Notes under the pieces: generated by a model
What the model saw: the letters and a program-made list of their open reading frames with translations, nothing else
Database searches by the model: none
What the model was told of the DNA's origin: nothing
Assembly (NCBI GenBank): GCA_040377305.1
Contig: JBEIPA010000005.1
Span: 32,001-96,000, forward strand
Length of the DNA: 64,000 nt
Direction: 5' to 3'
DNA from: Flavobacteriales bacterium
Lineage (GTDB): Bacteria; Bacteroidota; Bacteroidia; Palsa-965
Shown here: piece after piece, positions 11,421 through 21,740 of the stretch
How the letters are laid out: each line of letters begins with the position of its first letter
How positions within the stretch are numbered: position 1 is the first letter of the stretch
Program-made: the position numbers and the translations under genes

Positions 11421-12612
11421 CCGTATACTCCTACTACCGCGCTACGCGAAATTTTCCCTGATCATGCTGGCGATCTGCCTGCTTATCCTGTTGCTCTACG
11501 TTGCACAGCATATTCTGATTCCTGTTCTTCTCTCGCTCATCTTCGCGATTCTTCTTAGACCTGTAGTCAATTTTCTCAATCGTCGGCTCCGTTTCCCGAA
11601 TGTAATCGCCGTGCTGGTAGCAGTGGTCGTTTTTATAGCGTTCATCGGTGCCGTTGTCTTTTTCATTTCATGGCAAATCAGTGATATCGCAAGTGACTGG
11701 ACAAAAATTCAGCACAACCTCACGGTACATTTCGAAAACGTACAATTGTGGATCAAGCAAAAGATGGGCATGAGCTACAATACGCAGCAAGGCTACATCG
11801 ATACAGTTACAGGCGATAACATGACCGGCAACAGCGAGTTAATGGGTAACACGCTGAATTCATTCACCGATACGGTGGTGAACATCATGCTCATTCCCAT
11901 TTACACATTCCTTATGCTATTGTATCGCAACTTGTTTGTAAAGTTCCTTACAAAAATCGTGAAGCGTGAAAAGCAACATGTTCTGGTCGACGTTCTCGGG
12001 GAGGTAAAGATTGTCATCCAAAGTTACGTTGTAGGCCTGCTGATCGAAACCGGCATAGTTGCAGTACTTACCACAGGCGGACTAATGCTCCTCGGAGTGC
12101 AATACGCAATATTACTCGGTGTGTTAACTGCTGTTCTGAATCTCATTCCATACATCGGAATCATGGTTGCTGCGGTAATTACGATTCTCGCCACGCTAGT
12201 GAACACCACAGATTTCTCACTCGTACTCGGTGTGATCGGGCTTAGCATTCTTGTTCAGTTTATTGACAACAACATACTCGTACCCCGCATCATCGGTAAC
12301 AAAGTTCGTATCAATGCACTGGTTTCAATGATCGGCGTTATAATCGGTGGAAGCATTGCTGGCGTTGCCGGAATGTTCCTTGCAATTCCATTGATCGCAA
12401 TCATCAAAGTAATTTTTGATCGTATCGAACCACTTGCACCACTCGGTTACCTCATGGGCGACGATTTAGCGAAAACCTACACGTGGGGTAAAATCAAACT
12501 GCCCGACTTCAATCAGGGCAGCAACAACGAAGTCTGGCCAACGCAAGAGAGAGAGCCTTTAGCTGATGAAAAAACGAAAGATGAACTGCGGCATGAGCCA
12601 CCTGTAAAATAG
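11413..12612 (+). CDS. AI-2E family transporter
   Basis: ~8 TM; LNLIPYIG, QFIDNNILVPRIIG, GMFLAIP motifs. Confidence 0.92.
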   Translation: MTNRILLLPRYAKFSLIMLAICLLILLLYVAQHILIPVLLSLIFAILLRPVVNFLNRRLRFPNVIAVLVAVVVFIAFIGAVVFFISWQISDIASDWTKIQHNLTVHFENVQLWIKQKMGMSYNTQQGYIDTVTGDNMTGNSELMGNTLNSFTDTVVNIMLIPIYTFLMLLYRNLFVKFLTKIVKREKQHVLVDVLGEVKIVIQSYVVGLLIETGIVAVLTTGGLMLLGVQYAILLGVLTAVLNLIPYIGIMVAAVITILATLVNTTDFSLVLGVIGLSILVQFIDNNILVPRIIGNKVRINALVSMIGVIIGGSIAGVAGMFLAIPLIAIIKVIFDRIEPLAPLGYLMGDDLAKTYTWGKIKLPDFNQGSNNEVWPTQEREPLADEKTKDELRHEPPVK

Positions 12613-12664
12613 AAAATGCAGAAAGTTTGGTACGTGGTATAAGGTCGCTTTTGTATCTTAGAAC

Positions 12665-14473
12665 ATGATTCGTCTTTCGCTGCTTCTCACATTCCTTCTG
12701 ATTTCCTCCCCATCATTTTCGCAAAACGGTCTAATCGCACCGAAGGGAAAGCAGTTTGTGTACCGTGGAGAAAGTGGCATGTTTCGAACGAAATATGAAT
12801 CAATTCGGAATTTCTCAGAAGGACGTGCAGCCGTAAAACAAAACGGCAAATGGGGATTCATTGATGAGAAGGGAATTCTCATCACACCATGCAGATACGA
12901 TAGCGTGCTTGATTTTCATGTTGGAATGGCTCGGGTTGCATTGGGTGGTCAAGCTCTAAAGTGGGGATTAATTAATGCGAAAGGTCAAGGTAAATGCGAA
13001 CTACACTACGACTCTATTGTGTATCTCGACAGTTTTGCACTCGCCTATCGCAAAAGTACAGCGAATCCAACACGTGTGATCTGCCACGTTTACCATTGCA
13101 CTGCCTACATCAGCGACCGACACGAAGCACTATCCTTTGAGAGGATCGGTGAAAATTACATGCTAAATCTTGCTACTCCTGCATCTGGAAAGTGTAAATA
13201 CTTCAAGTTGATTTTGGATCATAGCGGTCGTGAAGTCACTCCTGAAATCGGCGTTCGTGATTCAGTACTTCATTTTCCCTGCCCTGTGTGGAAATGTAGT
13301 TGGGGAGATGGCGCAATTTTGAAGGAAGATCTTTCGACATCCAAATGGTATTCCGGCTTTCACGAATATGACGACGGATTCTATTCCTTCTCAGAAAATG
13401 GAAAAAACGGAGTCGTAAACAGAAATGGGAAAGAAATAATCGCTGCGGAGCACAAGTTTATTTCCAAGGTTGGACCCGCCTTTATTTCTAGCACAGAAAA
13501 AAAATACACGCTTTGGGATACAACTGGAAGACGTCTTACTCCTGAATGCTACATTGTTCAGCACCTCGGGCAAGGTGTTTACAGATGTAAGGTAGATTCA
13601 GTTGCGCCTTATCAATTGTTTAAGGCAAACGGGGAACTGATTCCAGGTAAATTCTCAGAAGCCCATTTTTTTCACAGCAGCGTTGCACGGGTCGTCAGTG
13701 AAGATCAAACACAGTTTGGTTACATAGATAGCACGGGAAGAATGATCGGCGGATGGTATCCACGCAGAGTAAATTACTATAGCAACACGGCACAAATTGG
13801 CAACACAACAATTCACTATGTGCGTGCCTTGACTTATCAAAGCATCAATGAGAAAGGCGAGATCGTAACGGATTCGATTGTAAAGCGGGAATTGAAACCA
13901 TACAATTCATCTTTTACCGGATTGGATTTCGAAAACGGCTATGGAATATATACCGTTGCGCAAAAGCGTCCATCGCCCAACCCCCATGGAGAAGAACCTG
14001 CGTTGCTGGGAGTCATTGATTCCACCGGAAAAATTGTTGCAAAAGCACTTTACTATAGCATTACGATTGAAGATACTTTCATCGTGGTATTCTCGACCGA
14101 TGCAAAACGCGGTTTACGATGTCCCTGCGGGGTGCAGCTGTTACCTGCGGTATATGATGGATTCATCGATTACATCGGAAACGGGTTCTTTAAAGTACAA
14201 CGCGAGGATTTCGGAGACTACGCGATTTACAACGCAAGAGAACGGAAGTTCGTCACGAAATTTATTTACGACGATGTTGACCTTGGAGGTGATTCGATGT
14301 CTATCGTGACGTACAAATCCTTGAAAGGTTACGTAAACTATAATGGCACCCAGATCGCACCGATGAATTTCAGGTCAGCTGGAGAGTTTAAAGACGGTCG
14401 TGCGAAAGTAAACCCTGGCTATCTCCCAAAAGAAGAATTCTACATCGATAGCAAAGGAAAACGGATTGAGTAG
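12665..14473 (+). CDS. WG repeat-containing secreted protein
   Basis: Signal peptide; repeated FSEG.A.V..GKWGFID..G units. Confidence 0.85.
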   Translation: MIRLSLLLTFLLISSPSFSQNGLIAPKGKQFVYRGESGMFRTKYESIRNFSEGRAAVKQNGKWGFIDEKGILITPCRYDSVLDFHVGMARVALGGQALKWGLINAKGQGKCELHYDSIVYLDSFALAYRKSTANPTRVICHVYHCTAYISDRHEALSFERIGENYMLNLATPASGKCKYFKLILDHSGREVTPEIGVRDSVLHFPCPVWKCSWGDGAILKEDLSTSKWYSGFHEYDDGFYSFSENGKNGVVNRNGKEIIAAEHKFISKVGPAFISSTEKKYTLWDTTGRRLTPECYIVQHLGQGVYRCKVDSVAPYQLFKANGELIPGKFSEAHFFHSSVARVVSEDQTQFGYIDSTGRMIGGWYPRRVNYYSNTAQIGNTTIHYVRALTYQSINEKGEIVTDSIVKRELKPYNSSFTGLDFENGYGIYTVAQKRPSPNPHGEEPALLGVIDSTGKIVAKALYYSITIEDTFIVVFSTDAKRGLRCPCGVQLLPAVYDGFIDYIGNGFFKVQREDFGDYAIYNARERKFVTKFIYDDVDLGGDSMSIVTYKSLKGYVNYNGTQIAPMNFRSAGEFKDGRAKVNPGYLPKEEFYIDSKGKRIE

Positions 14474-14488
14474 TACCCAATCCGGTTA

Positions 14489-15535
14489 TCAGAAATAATT
14501 TCCGACTGCAAACTCAAACTGCTCACCGAAAATGCGCTTGAACGGTGTGGCAATGTTTTGCTCGTAAAAAATAAGCATCGCCTTTTTGTATTCGAGCGGA
14601 TCAACCGTTCGGAATGAAAGCGGACAATATTTGTGATGAATAAGTACCGCGTTACTCACGATGCGTGCAGTGCGTTTGTTTCCGTCTTCGAAAGGCTGAA
14701 TGTACGAGAGCATCATCAGGGTAAGCAAAGCCGCCGAGAATACATTCGACTGACGATTCACAAGCTCGCACATTTTCTCCATCGCCTCACGAATCTGAAA
14801 CTCGTTGTCAATCGGACGGTAATTTGTTCCGGAAATTCCTACAGTACGCTTACGAACGTTTCGTGAAATTCCCAGGTCATCCACAAGCTTCATGTGAATG
14901 TCTTCAATTGCACGTACAGTCAACGGCCAAACGTAACTCTGATTTTCAAAAATAAAATCGAGTGCACGTTTATGATTGAGAAGCATTACCGCGTCGTCTT
15001 TCGTTTTTCCTGCAGCCGTGAGACTATGCTTCAGCAACTGTTCCGTTTCGAGCAGTGAATAGGTGTTGCCTTCAATCTGCGACGACTTCCAACTCAGATC
15101 AATTGCGAGCCGTTCCATTTCTGCGCGATAGCTCTCCTTCGACTGCTTCGAAACTTTCAGCTCGAATTCCTCCTGCCATGCATTGAGCACATCAAGCTCT
15201 TTGGCGTTGAACAATGGAGTTGTGTTCAGCTCATACCAAATGTCGAAGTTGAAACGCGAAATGATCTTGCGATCGTCCTGCTCTTTGCTGAAATATTCTT
15301 CTACGTCTACCGCACTGCGCAATTTGTTGGTGCGAACAATCGAGTAACGTGTGCTTCTCGCCGCACCGGTGACCACAATTTTTTTCTCTTCCACCAGATC
15401 TTTCAATGCGCGTTTCAAAGTCGCAAGACTCATCTGCTGACGAAAGTGTGCGTGAATTTCAGCCGAAGAAATTTCGGTGTGCTCGCTAATAAACTGGAGC
15501 AGAACTCCCATAAAGCCGTCATTGAGCTTTCCCAT
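14489..15535 (-). CDS. Fic family protein with N-terminal wHTH; non-canonical active site
   Basis: SSQIEGN inhibitory-type motif and IQPFEDGNKRTAR Fic loop; N-terminal SLATLKRALKDL..G..RSTRY wHTH; start uncertain. Confidence 0.88.
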   Translation of the reverse strand: MGKLNDGFMGVLLQFISEHTEISSAEIHAHFRQQMSLATLKRALKDLVEEKKIVVTGAARSTRYSIVRTNKLRSAVDVEEYFSKEQDDRKIISRFNFDIWYELNTTPLFNAKELDVLNAWQEEFELKVSKQSKESYRAEMERLAIDLSWKSSQIEGNTYSLLETEQLLKHSLTAAGKTKDDAVMLLNHKRALDFIFENQSYVWPLTVRAIEDIHMKLVDDLGISRNVRKRTVGISGTNYRPIDNEFQIREAMEKMCELVNRQSNVFSAALLTLMMLSYIQPFEDGNKRTARIVSNAVLIHHKYCPLSFRTVDPLEYKKAMLIFYEQNIATPFKRIFGEQFEFAVGNYF

Positions 15536-15547
15536 GAAGAGCAATTT

Positions 15548-15680
15548 ATCGGCTCAAATATAATCATTTATCGGCTCATATTATATTCTACTGAGCTGAT
15601 ATATAACTACTAATGAGCCATTTTTAATCATAAAGGCTCATTTTCCTTAAATATCGGCTCAAATTGGAAGAATCGGCTCA
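15548..15680. promoter_or_regulatory. Array of seven ATCGGCTCA-like boxes upstream of fic (putative operator array)
   Basis: Copies start at 15548, 15570, 15592(inv), 15614(inv), 15632, 15653, 15672. Confidence 0.6.
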
Positions 15681-15830
15681 AATCAGTGGTGCATTCCACT
15701 CGGATACAAATATGGCCCCAATAACACAGAAGTGATCGTGTCCGCAGCCCCTTGTGATTCGTAAAAACGCATTCACACAAATAGCTTGGCAAAATTGTAT
15801 CATTGCCGCCGCAATACGTTATCCGTGCAC

Positions 15831-16856
15831 ATGCGTCTCCTGCTCATCCTAATTCTTCTCACAAACACGCTCTGCGCTCAGCACATACTACGCGATGACT
15901 ATTCCGTTAACGATCCGTGTCCCGACCCGAAGAAGAATAAAATTGAGTCGCGAAAAATCTATACGAACACTATTGATCCGGAAGGCAAACAGTTGAAATA
16001 CGCCGACACGGTTTATGAGCGATACGATCGCAATGGAAATCTCCTGGTTGAGAAATATTTTGATGAACGACATCCTAAAGACGGCTACAGTGTAACACAC
16101 GAATACGCATACGACGAGAAAGGAAGAATAATTACGGCGCGCAGCTCGGTCAATGAAAACAACTGGCGTGTCACCTACACGTATAGTGAAACGGGAGATT
16201 CCGTTGTGGTTCATGCTATGCGCTCCGACAGTTCGAGTCTCCCGGTATTTCGATTGGTGCGTTATTCGCAAACAGACACGACTGAATATGGTTTGGCTCA
16301 GGACGGTGATACGATTCACTATTTGTATCATTCGAAATTTAAGTACATCTCCATCTGGTGGAAGCGTGATGAAGCACATCAGAAAGTGATGATCGATAGT
16401 ACAGTTGAAATTCGATCGCCGAAAAAGATTTTCTCCACTTCGCGTTATCTTGATCGCCACGGGGAATATGCTACTTCAGAAGACGTGTATCTTCTCGACA
16501 AGAAAGGCCGCGTTACCGTAGAGCTTGGATATCTCAACAACCATGTGCTGCGCGATTCGGTACACTACACGTACAACAAAAAAGGAGAGTGTATTCTCAC
16601 TACTGCTGTCATCTTTCCGATGCGAGAACAAACAAACGACACTACGATTTCCCGTTGGCAAACAAAATATCTGCACGACAAAAGCGGCAAACTCGTGCAG
16701 ACACATGAAACAAATTCAGCGCGACCGAATTTACGTTTCGTAAGCAGTTACATCTACAACGAGCGCGGACTACTCACCGAAATTCACCGAGTTGATCTCG
16801 ACAACGGACACATTGTTGATGAGTCGCGGGAACATTGGGTGTACACGTATTACTGA
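15831..16856 (+). CDS. Secreted YD/RHS-like repeat protein (paralog 1)
   Basis: Signal peptide, D.CPDP..N.I..R motif, repeated Y.YD..G units. Confidence 0.7.
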   Translation: MRLLLILILLTNTLCAQHILRDDYSVNDPCPDPKKNKIESRKIYTNTIDPEGKQLKYADTVYERYDRNGNLLVEKYFDERHPKDGYSVTHEYAYDEKGRIITARSSVNENNWRVTYTYSETGDSVVVHAMRSDSSSLPVFRLVRYSQTDTTEYGLAQDGDTIHYLYHSKFKYISIWWKRDEAHQKVMIDSTVEIRSPKKIFSTSRYLDRHGEYATSEDVYLLDKKGRVTVELGYLNNHVLRDSVHYTYNKKGECILTTAVIFPMREQTNDTTISRWQTKYLHDKSGKLVQTHETNSARPNLRFVSSYIYNERGLLTEIHRVDLDNGHIVDESREHWVYTYY

Positions 16857-16987
16857 TTGATCAATCTGCAATCTTTAAGCCGGCATGCTTCCATTCATCA
16901 CCTATTTTCGAAAATTATGCTGGTCACCGCATGGCAGGTTAGCCAATTGCTTGATTTCCTGAAATCGAAAATTGTCTAACTTTCAGA

Positions 16988-17344
16988 ATGATCTACTCGT
17001 TTCCCGCAGGCGATTCATACACCAGCCTCACCGATTTCAATCAACCACGCGCACTATGCCCATACTGTAAACACCAAACAGTGATGGTGTCTGTATTTCA
17101 GAAATACAATCACATCAGTTGGTTTCCGATGTACACGAAGGGACGCACGTATGAAGTGGTGTGCACGAATTGCCGTGGCTTCGATAACGCCGATCAGAGC
17201 ACGCTACCGCCGGATATAAATCAGCACGCAATTATCCAGTGCAGGCTTGCCGATAAACGCGCTCGACTACTCCCGTCGCTCGCAGCAATATTCTGGATAA
17301 GTCTCGGCGTATTCGCATTGTCACTTGTAAAGATGTTCTCATGA
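16988..17344 (+). CDS. Zinc-ribbon domain membrane protein
   Basis: CPYC...CTNC with intervening Y.HI.W.P; C-terminal TM. Confidence 0.7.
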   Translation: MIYSFPAGDSYTSLTDFNQPRALCPYCKHQTVMVSVFQKYNHISWFPMYTKGRTYEVVCTNCRGFDNADQSTLPPDINQHAIIQCRLADKRARLLPSLAAIFWISLGVFALSLVKMFS

Positions 17345-17829
17345 AATTTCAATTCACGCTGCACGGAAACCTCGATCCGCTTCATCGATTTCTGCAGAAT
17401 AACATTAGCGGTCCACACCACGGTATTCACCGGATAGAAGCGCCTTATACAGGCAATCTCTATAACGGAGGATTTAAGTGTACCCCTACTGAATCCACAT
17501 CGTCCGTAACTCCACGCATTGTTGGAGAAATTTACTCTGCAGGCAAGCAGCATACCGTAACCGTTCGTTTACGCCGAATGTTTCTCTACCATTTCATGCT
17601 CGCGTTTGTTGCTATTGTTCCGCTGAGCACTTTTGCGTTAACGACTGCACTAATCTCCATGGACATTGAAGACGGACGCGGTTTTCACTGGTCCAGTTTG
17701 TACATGCCGATACCCATGATGCTCATTGCCACATTGCCGTTCCTGTGGATGTGGATCAACGCTACTTGCAATGCGAAAAAAGAAATGCGCATCTTTTGTG
17801 AGCAGTTGATTCGCGGATCGCGGGCGTAG
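17341..17829 (+). CDS. Hypothetical 2-TM membrane protein
   Basis: ORF overlapping upstream stop (ATGA); two hydrophobic segments. Confidence 0.55.
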   Translation: MKFQFTLHGNLDPLHRFLQNNISGPHHGIHRIEAPYTGNLYNGGFKCTPTESTSSVTPRIVGEIYSAGKQHTVTVRLRRMFLYHFMLAFVAIVPLSTFALTTALISMDIEDGRGFHWSSLYMPIPMMLIATLPFLWMWINATCNAKKEMRIFCEQLIRGSRA

Positions 17830-17921
17830 AACTGTGGAGCTATTTACAAACGAAACGCGTACTATTTGTTTGGTACTTGTGGCGATGGAGAGTTGGGAGA
17901 TACGGTAACTGCAAGAATCCG

Positions 17922-18332
17922 CTATGCAGCCCGTTTCTTTTTCTTCAACCCAGTCAAGGGGTATGGACGGTTAAAAGTCTCCTGCTGAACACGGAACTTC
18001 TCCGCGAGTTTGCGCACCATCTCCTTCGAAAATTCTCTTTTGTAGTTAAGAATTTGTGAAATGTATCCTTTTGTTACCCCCAGCTGGTTTGCAAGATCAA
18101 CAGCTTTTAAATTGTGATCCTTCATGAGGAGTATCAACATTTCGACAGGATTCAGTGTAGGAATTGAATAATGCACTCTATCATAAGTTTCGATCAATAG
18201 CACGAGCAAGTCAATTTCATCGAGTATTGCCTTCGTCTTTCTTCCTTTGGAGAAATCCAGATTGTACAAAATGCTGCAGTACTCGTTATACTGCTTAAGT
18301 GTTTTAATAACAGTGTATTTCATTGTTTCCAT
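17922..18332 (-). CDS. higA: HigA-type HTH antitoxin (copy 1)
   Basis: METMKYTVIK...EIDLLVLLIETYD...Cro/C1 HTH LANQLGVTKGYISQILNYKR; start reassigned to ATG 18332. Confidence 0.88.
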   Translation of the reverse strand: METMKYTVIKTLKQYNEYCSILYNLDFSKGRKTKAILDEIDLLVLLIETYDRVHYSIPTLNPVEMLILLMKDHNLKAVDLANQLGVTKGYISQILNYKREFSKEMVRKLAEKFRVQQETFNRPYPLTGLKKKKRAA

Positions 18333-18336
18333 CTCG

Positions 18337-18669
18337 TCAGAACTGTGTAATTGTGTATTGCTTATTCTCCTTACAGAGCTTGCTGTAATCACTATGAGTC
18401 CCTATCCAGCATACATACAACCTAACTCGGCGTAACATAAATGCATAACAACAAATCATTCGATACTTATTTCCACCTATATCGAAAACTACCCGCCTCG
18501 TGCCCCTTCCCAACAAATCTGCCGATGGAAACGTTTCGAGAATATTCTCTGGCGTTTTCCAATCTGCACTTCTCACAGTTCGAATCCATGCTTCAATGGG
18601 TTTCAACGCTTGCTGTCTCGAAAGAGAAAACACTTTCAAATTTGCTACACTGATAATCTCGATCTTCAT
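18337..18669 (-). CDS. higB: HigB-type mRNA interferase toxin (copy 1)
   Basis: W..P......FPSAD, RVVFDIGGNKYR, WIGTHSDY; toxin-first order. Confidence 0.9.
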   Translation of the reverse strand: MKIEIISVANLKVFSLSRQQALKPIEAWIRTVRSADWKTPENILETFPSADLLGRGTRRVVFDIGGNKYRMICCYAFMLRRVRLYVCWIGTHSDYSKLCKENKQYTITQF

Positions 18670-18670
18670 A

Positions 18671-18709
18671 CAAATATAGTTTAAATCATGATGTTTACAT
18701 TTTGTAAAC
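18671..18709 (-). promoter_or_regulatory. Bacteroidota -7 box (TATATTTG) abutting higB start, plus GTTTACA-TTT-TGTAAAC operator-like palindrome
   Basis: TAnnTTTG match at 18671-18678, also conserved at 26900-26907; IR at 18693-18709. Confidence 0.55.
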
Positions 18710-18834
18710 TCTAAAAATATTGCCAAATCCAGAGTCTGACAATGTAAACCGTGAGTTTCACACTAGTCGGGAGCAAATGTTTGAAAACGGATAAAATCCT
18801 CCTCCTTGGGCTTTTTCCGTAATTTTCGGGTACA

Positions 18835-19881
18835 ATGACTCGCTGGTTCATATTCCTTCTCATTTTTCTGGCCAGCACTTCAGATGCCCAGGAATCACTT
18901 TTGCATCCCCACTATTTTTTAGACACTTGTCCCGATCCGCTCACCAATCACATCGCATCACGCAAATATTTCAAGATCGAAACAGACACAAACGATCGCT
19001 GGACTATAAACGATACAGTGATTGAATACTACGATATCGAAGGGAAACTCACTTCAGCAATTTGTCAGAACGCACGATACACGCAAGACCGTGGATTCAA
19101 GAGCTGGTGCAACTTCACCTATGATCAAAAAGGACGAATTGTTTGCGATAGTTTTTCGGAGTCAGGAAAGCTTGCCGTTACTACTTATGAATATCACGGC
19201 AACCAGGCAATAATCCACAATCCACCTTCTAAGTGGTCCGATATTCTGCCCACGGTGTACATCAACTACGACGACAACTACAATCGCATTTCTCAATATC
19301 GCGTAAACGAGTATGGCGACACGGTCAACTTCTGGGAAGTGAATGGCAATACAACAACTGATCGTTGGATGTCGCGTGAAGATGATGGAACATACACAAT
19401 AAGCAGCACCACCAGTGAAGTGATTGCGCCCCGACAAAAATGGGAGTTCGTGACTATCTATCATCAGGAAGAAGACGACACTTCACACACGGCGTATTTG
19501 TATTCTTATAACTCCACAGGACAACTCATTGAAAATATCTACGTTGGAGAAGAAGAACGACGCGACACCAGTTATTACTACTACACGAACAATCGGCTTA
19601 CGTTTTATGAAAGAAAAGTTTGGGTTCGCGAAGATTGGAAGTTTGTGCAATGGGAGACGTATCAATACAATGATCGTGGTCAGCTCATAGAAAAACGGGA
19701 GTTCGGCGATGGCTCTGAGAATTATCCCACGGTAACCTCATACCGCTACAATGAACGTGGATTGATTGCAGCTATTGACGTGTGGCACCAATATCCTGAC
19801 GATCGGCCCAATTACTATGTGCGAAAAGAGAGATTTGAGTACACGTATTACGCACAAACGGATTCGGAGAAGAAGCAATGA
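18835..19881 (+). CDS. Secreted YD/RHS-like repeat protein (paralog 2)
   Basis: Signal peptide, DTCPDPLTNHIASRK, Y.YN..G repeats. Confidence 0.7.
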   Translation: MTRWFIFLLIFLASTSDAQESLLHPHYFLDTCPDPLTNHIASRKYFKIETDTNDRWTINDTVIEYYDIEGKLTSAICQNARYTQDRGFKSWCNFTYDQKGRIVCDSFSESGKLAVTTYEYHGNQAIIHNPPSKWSDILPTVYINYDDNYNRISQYRVNEYGDTVNFWEVNGNTTTDRWMSREDDGTYTISSTTSEVIAPRQKWEFVTIYHQEEDDTSHTAYLYSYNSTGQLIENIYVGEEERRDTSYYYYTNNRLTFYERKVWVREDWKFVQWETYQYNDRGQLIEKREFGDGSENYPTVTSYRYNERGLIAAIDVWHQYPDDRPNYYVRKERFEYTYYAQTDSEKKQ

Positions 19882-19934
19882 TCTACAGGTGTTGGGGATG
19901 ATTTATTTATCTTCGTCCTATTCAAATTTCTACA

Positions 19935-20165
19935 ATGCCACAAGACAAAGATCGAATTCCACAAGCCGGAGAAACCGTTTACCTGCGAGACGATTTAAAA
20001 TGCGTCGCCATGTATCTGGACAGAGTGTACATCAAAGACAAAGTAGAATATGCTCAATGCACGTGGACCGCGTACGAAATGTTCGACGATGAACTGCTGA
20101 GCAAAAATCACGAGAAGGATTTTCTGTTGAGTGAGTTGACGGTGTATCCGCCGGTGAAGTCGTAG
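19935..20165 (+). CDS. Small YodC/DUF2158-like protein (paralog 1)
   Basis: G..V.L....M........C.W....F...EL pattern; clear paralog at 21741. Confidence 0.55.
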   Translation: MPQDKDRIPQAGETVYLRDDLKCVAMYLDRVYIKDKVEYAQCTWTAYEMFDDELLSKNHEKDFLLSELTVYPPVKS

Positions 20166-20292
20166 ATTACATCGTCCTCCACAAAATTCTATCAAATCAA
20201 GATTGATTGTTTCCCAATGCTTCCCGCACAAACAAACGCGGTGCACGAGAACGATTTTTGCTCCATTTTTTCTAAAAAAGTAGAAATGCAAA

Positions 20293-21306
20293 ATGTTTCC
20301 TGCGTACCTTTTCTCAATGCAAATCCGTCTACGCCAAGCGATTTTCTTATCCCTATTCGTCACAGCAGTCTCAGTTGCAGCCCAGGAAATTCGACCTACC
20401 CCAATTGTCAATTTCGTGCGCAACTGGCAGAATCAGCTTGCGGAAGAAGAATTCAATAAAGAACAAATGGCGAAGTACTACGCTGCACAGGTTTCCTGGT
20501 ACAACACGTCTGTTGCGAGCGATTCAGCACTTACTATTATTTCCTCTACGTATGACATGCAACAATGCATCTTCTGGAGAGATCCTACAATTGTAACACT
20601 AACAGACAGCAGCCACGCGACTTGGCAGGTGTTTTTTGACGAATGCAATGGAGTTGTGTCCGGAATGCAACAACATTACTTGCTCGTTGAGTCCGACGCA
20701 AGCGGAACACTTCACATCACTGCGCAATCGAGTCTTGCCGATGACGCATGGTTAATACGAAAAACGGAAATTGCGAATGACACAATCGTTCATGAAAATA
20801 AACGATACTACGTTTTGAACCGTAGCTATTCCGGACATCCATCCAGCAATCACGTCATCTTCTTTCTAACCGATTCGCTTAAATTCGACGAGGCCAACTG
20901 GATTCCGGTTTGTACAGATGATTTTGGATTTACTGCTTCCGGAAATATTTTCTGCGCACTTGCAATTCTCGATCCTCAAACAATCATTGCATTCAAAGAC
21001 ATCACCCTGGAACTAAATCAATCGCCTCTCGAAGAAGCCGAGCTTACATTTGGTGGATTCTTGTGTCTGCACACGCAAGACAGTCTGACGATTGAGGGAA
21101 AACATGCAGGTTTTCACTGGAGGACACCGGTGTTGAACGTCACATACGATCGGCATCATAAAACAAGTGTTTTGCTCAAGACCGACTACAACTACGGTGA
21201 CGCGTGCTGGAGCGCCGAAACAACCATTCTGTTCGATAGCAAAAAGAAAAAGATCACGACGAAACAATTTATCCGGAAGCCACACAAGGATGCGAGACCG
21301 GGGTAG
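20293..21306 (+). CDS. Hypothetical secreted protein
   Basis: 337-aa ORF with signal peptide ending VAAQ. Confidence 0.55.
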   Translation: MFPAYLFSMQIRLRQAIFLSLFVTAVSVAAQEIRPTPIVNFVRNWQNQLAEEEFNKEQMAKYYAAQVSWYNTSVASDSALTIISSTYDMQQCIFWRDPTIVTLTDSSHATWQVFFDECNGVVSGMQQHYLLVESDASGTLHITAQSSLADDAWLIRKTEIANDTIVHENKRYYVLNRSYSGHPSSNHVIFFLTDSLKFDEANWIPVCTDDFGFTASGNIFCALAILDPQTIIAFKDITLELNQSPLEEAELTFGGFLCLHTQDSLTIEGKHAGFHWRTPVLNVTYDRHHKTSVLLKTDYNYGDACWSAETTILFDSKKKKITTKQFIRKPHKDARPG

Positions 21307-21444
21307 CCCTTAGAGTTACGCGAGCGCACCATTCTCGTTTCTTCAGCTGCGACTGAACCTATTTTCGTTTCAAAGTGCACAATTGTCACTTCGAGGCACT
21401 AAAATCACGCGGTCAACAGTTGTACCCGTCTCCTATGCGGTAGG

Positions 21445-21667
21445 GGCCGCCAAATATTTTCAGCCGATTTTTCCGTTGGAACGTGCGCCTTAAGCGGACC
21501 AAGCGCGGCGAATAAAGTTGATGGATCTACAATGTTTTTGCTCCGAAGTACGCTTCTTATTTGAGTCCAAATCGCGCCTAGGGACGCGGCGCACGTGTAG
21601 ACGAGAAAAATTGGCTGAAAATATTAAGCGGCCGATTTTTGCTCCACTTTTTCTAAAAAAGTGGAAA
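21445..21667. repeat. Long imperfect hairpin element (MITE-like or structured RNA) plus terminal TCCACTTTTTCTAAAAAAGTGGA hairpin
   Basis: AATATTTTCAGCCGATTTTTC pairs with GAAAAATTGGCTGAAAATATT; ACGTGCGCC pairs with GGCGCACGT; terminal ~35 bp also at 20252-20286. Confidence 0.6.
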
Positions 21668-21740
21668 GCGTCGTGACAACCACATTTCGTAACTTCATTG
21701 CGCCTGTTCGTAACCGGCATCATGACCAAATCAAATAACA

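Noticed and set aside
15548-15680. CRISPR array or replication iterons
   Set aside because: Repeats are only 9 bp with ~12-bp spacers and mixed orientation; no cas or rep gene
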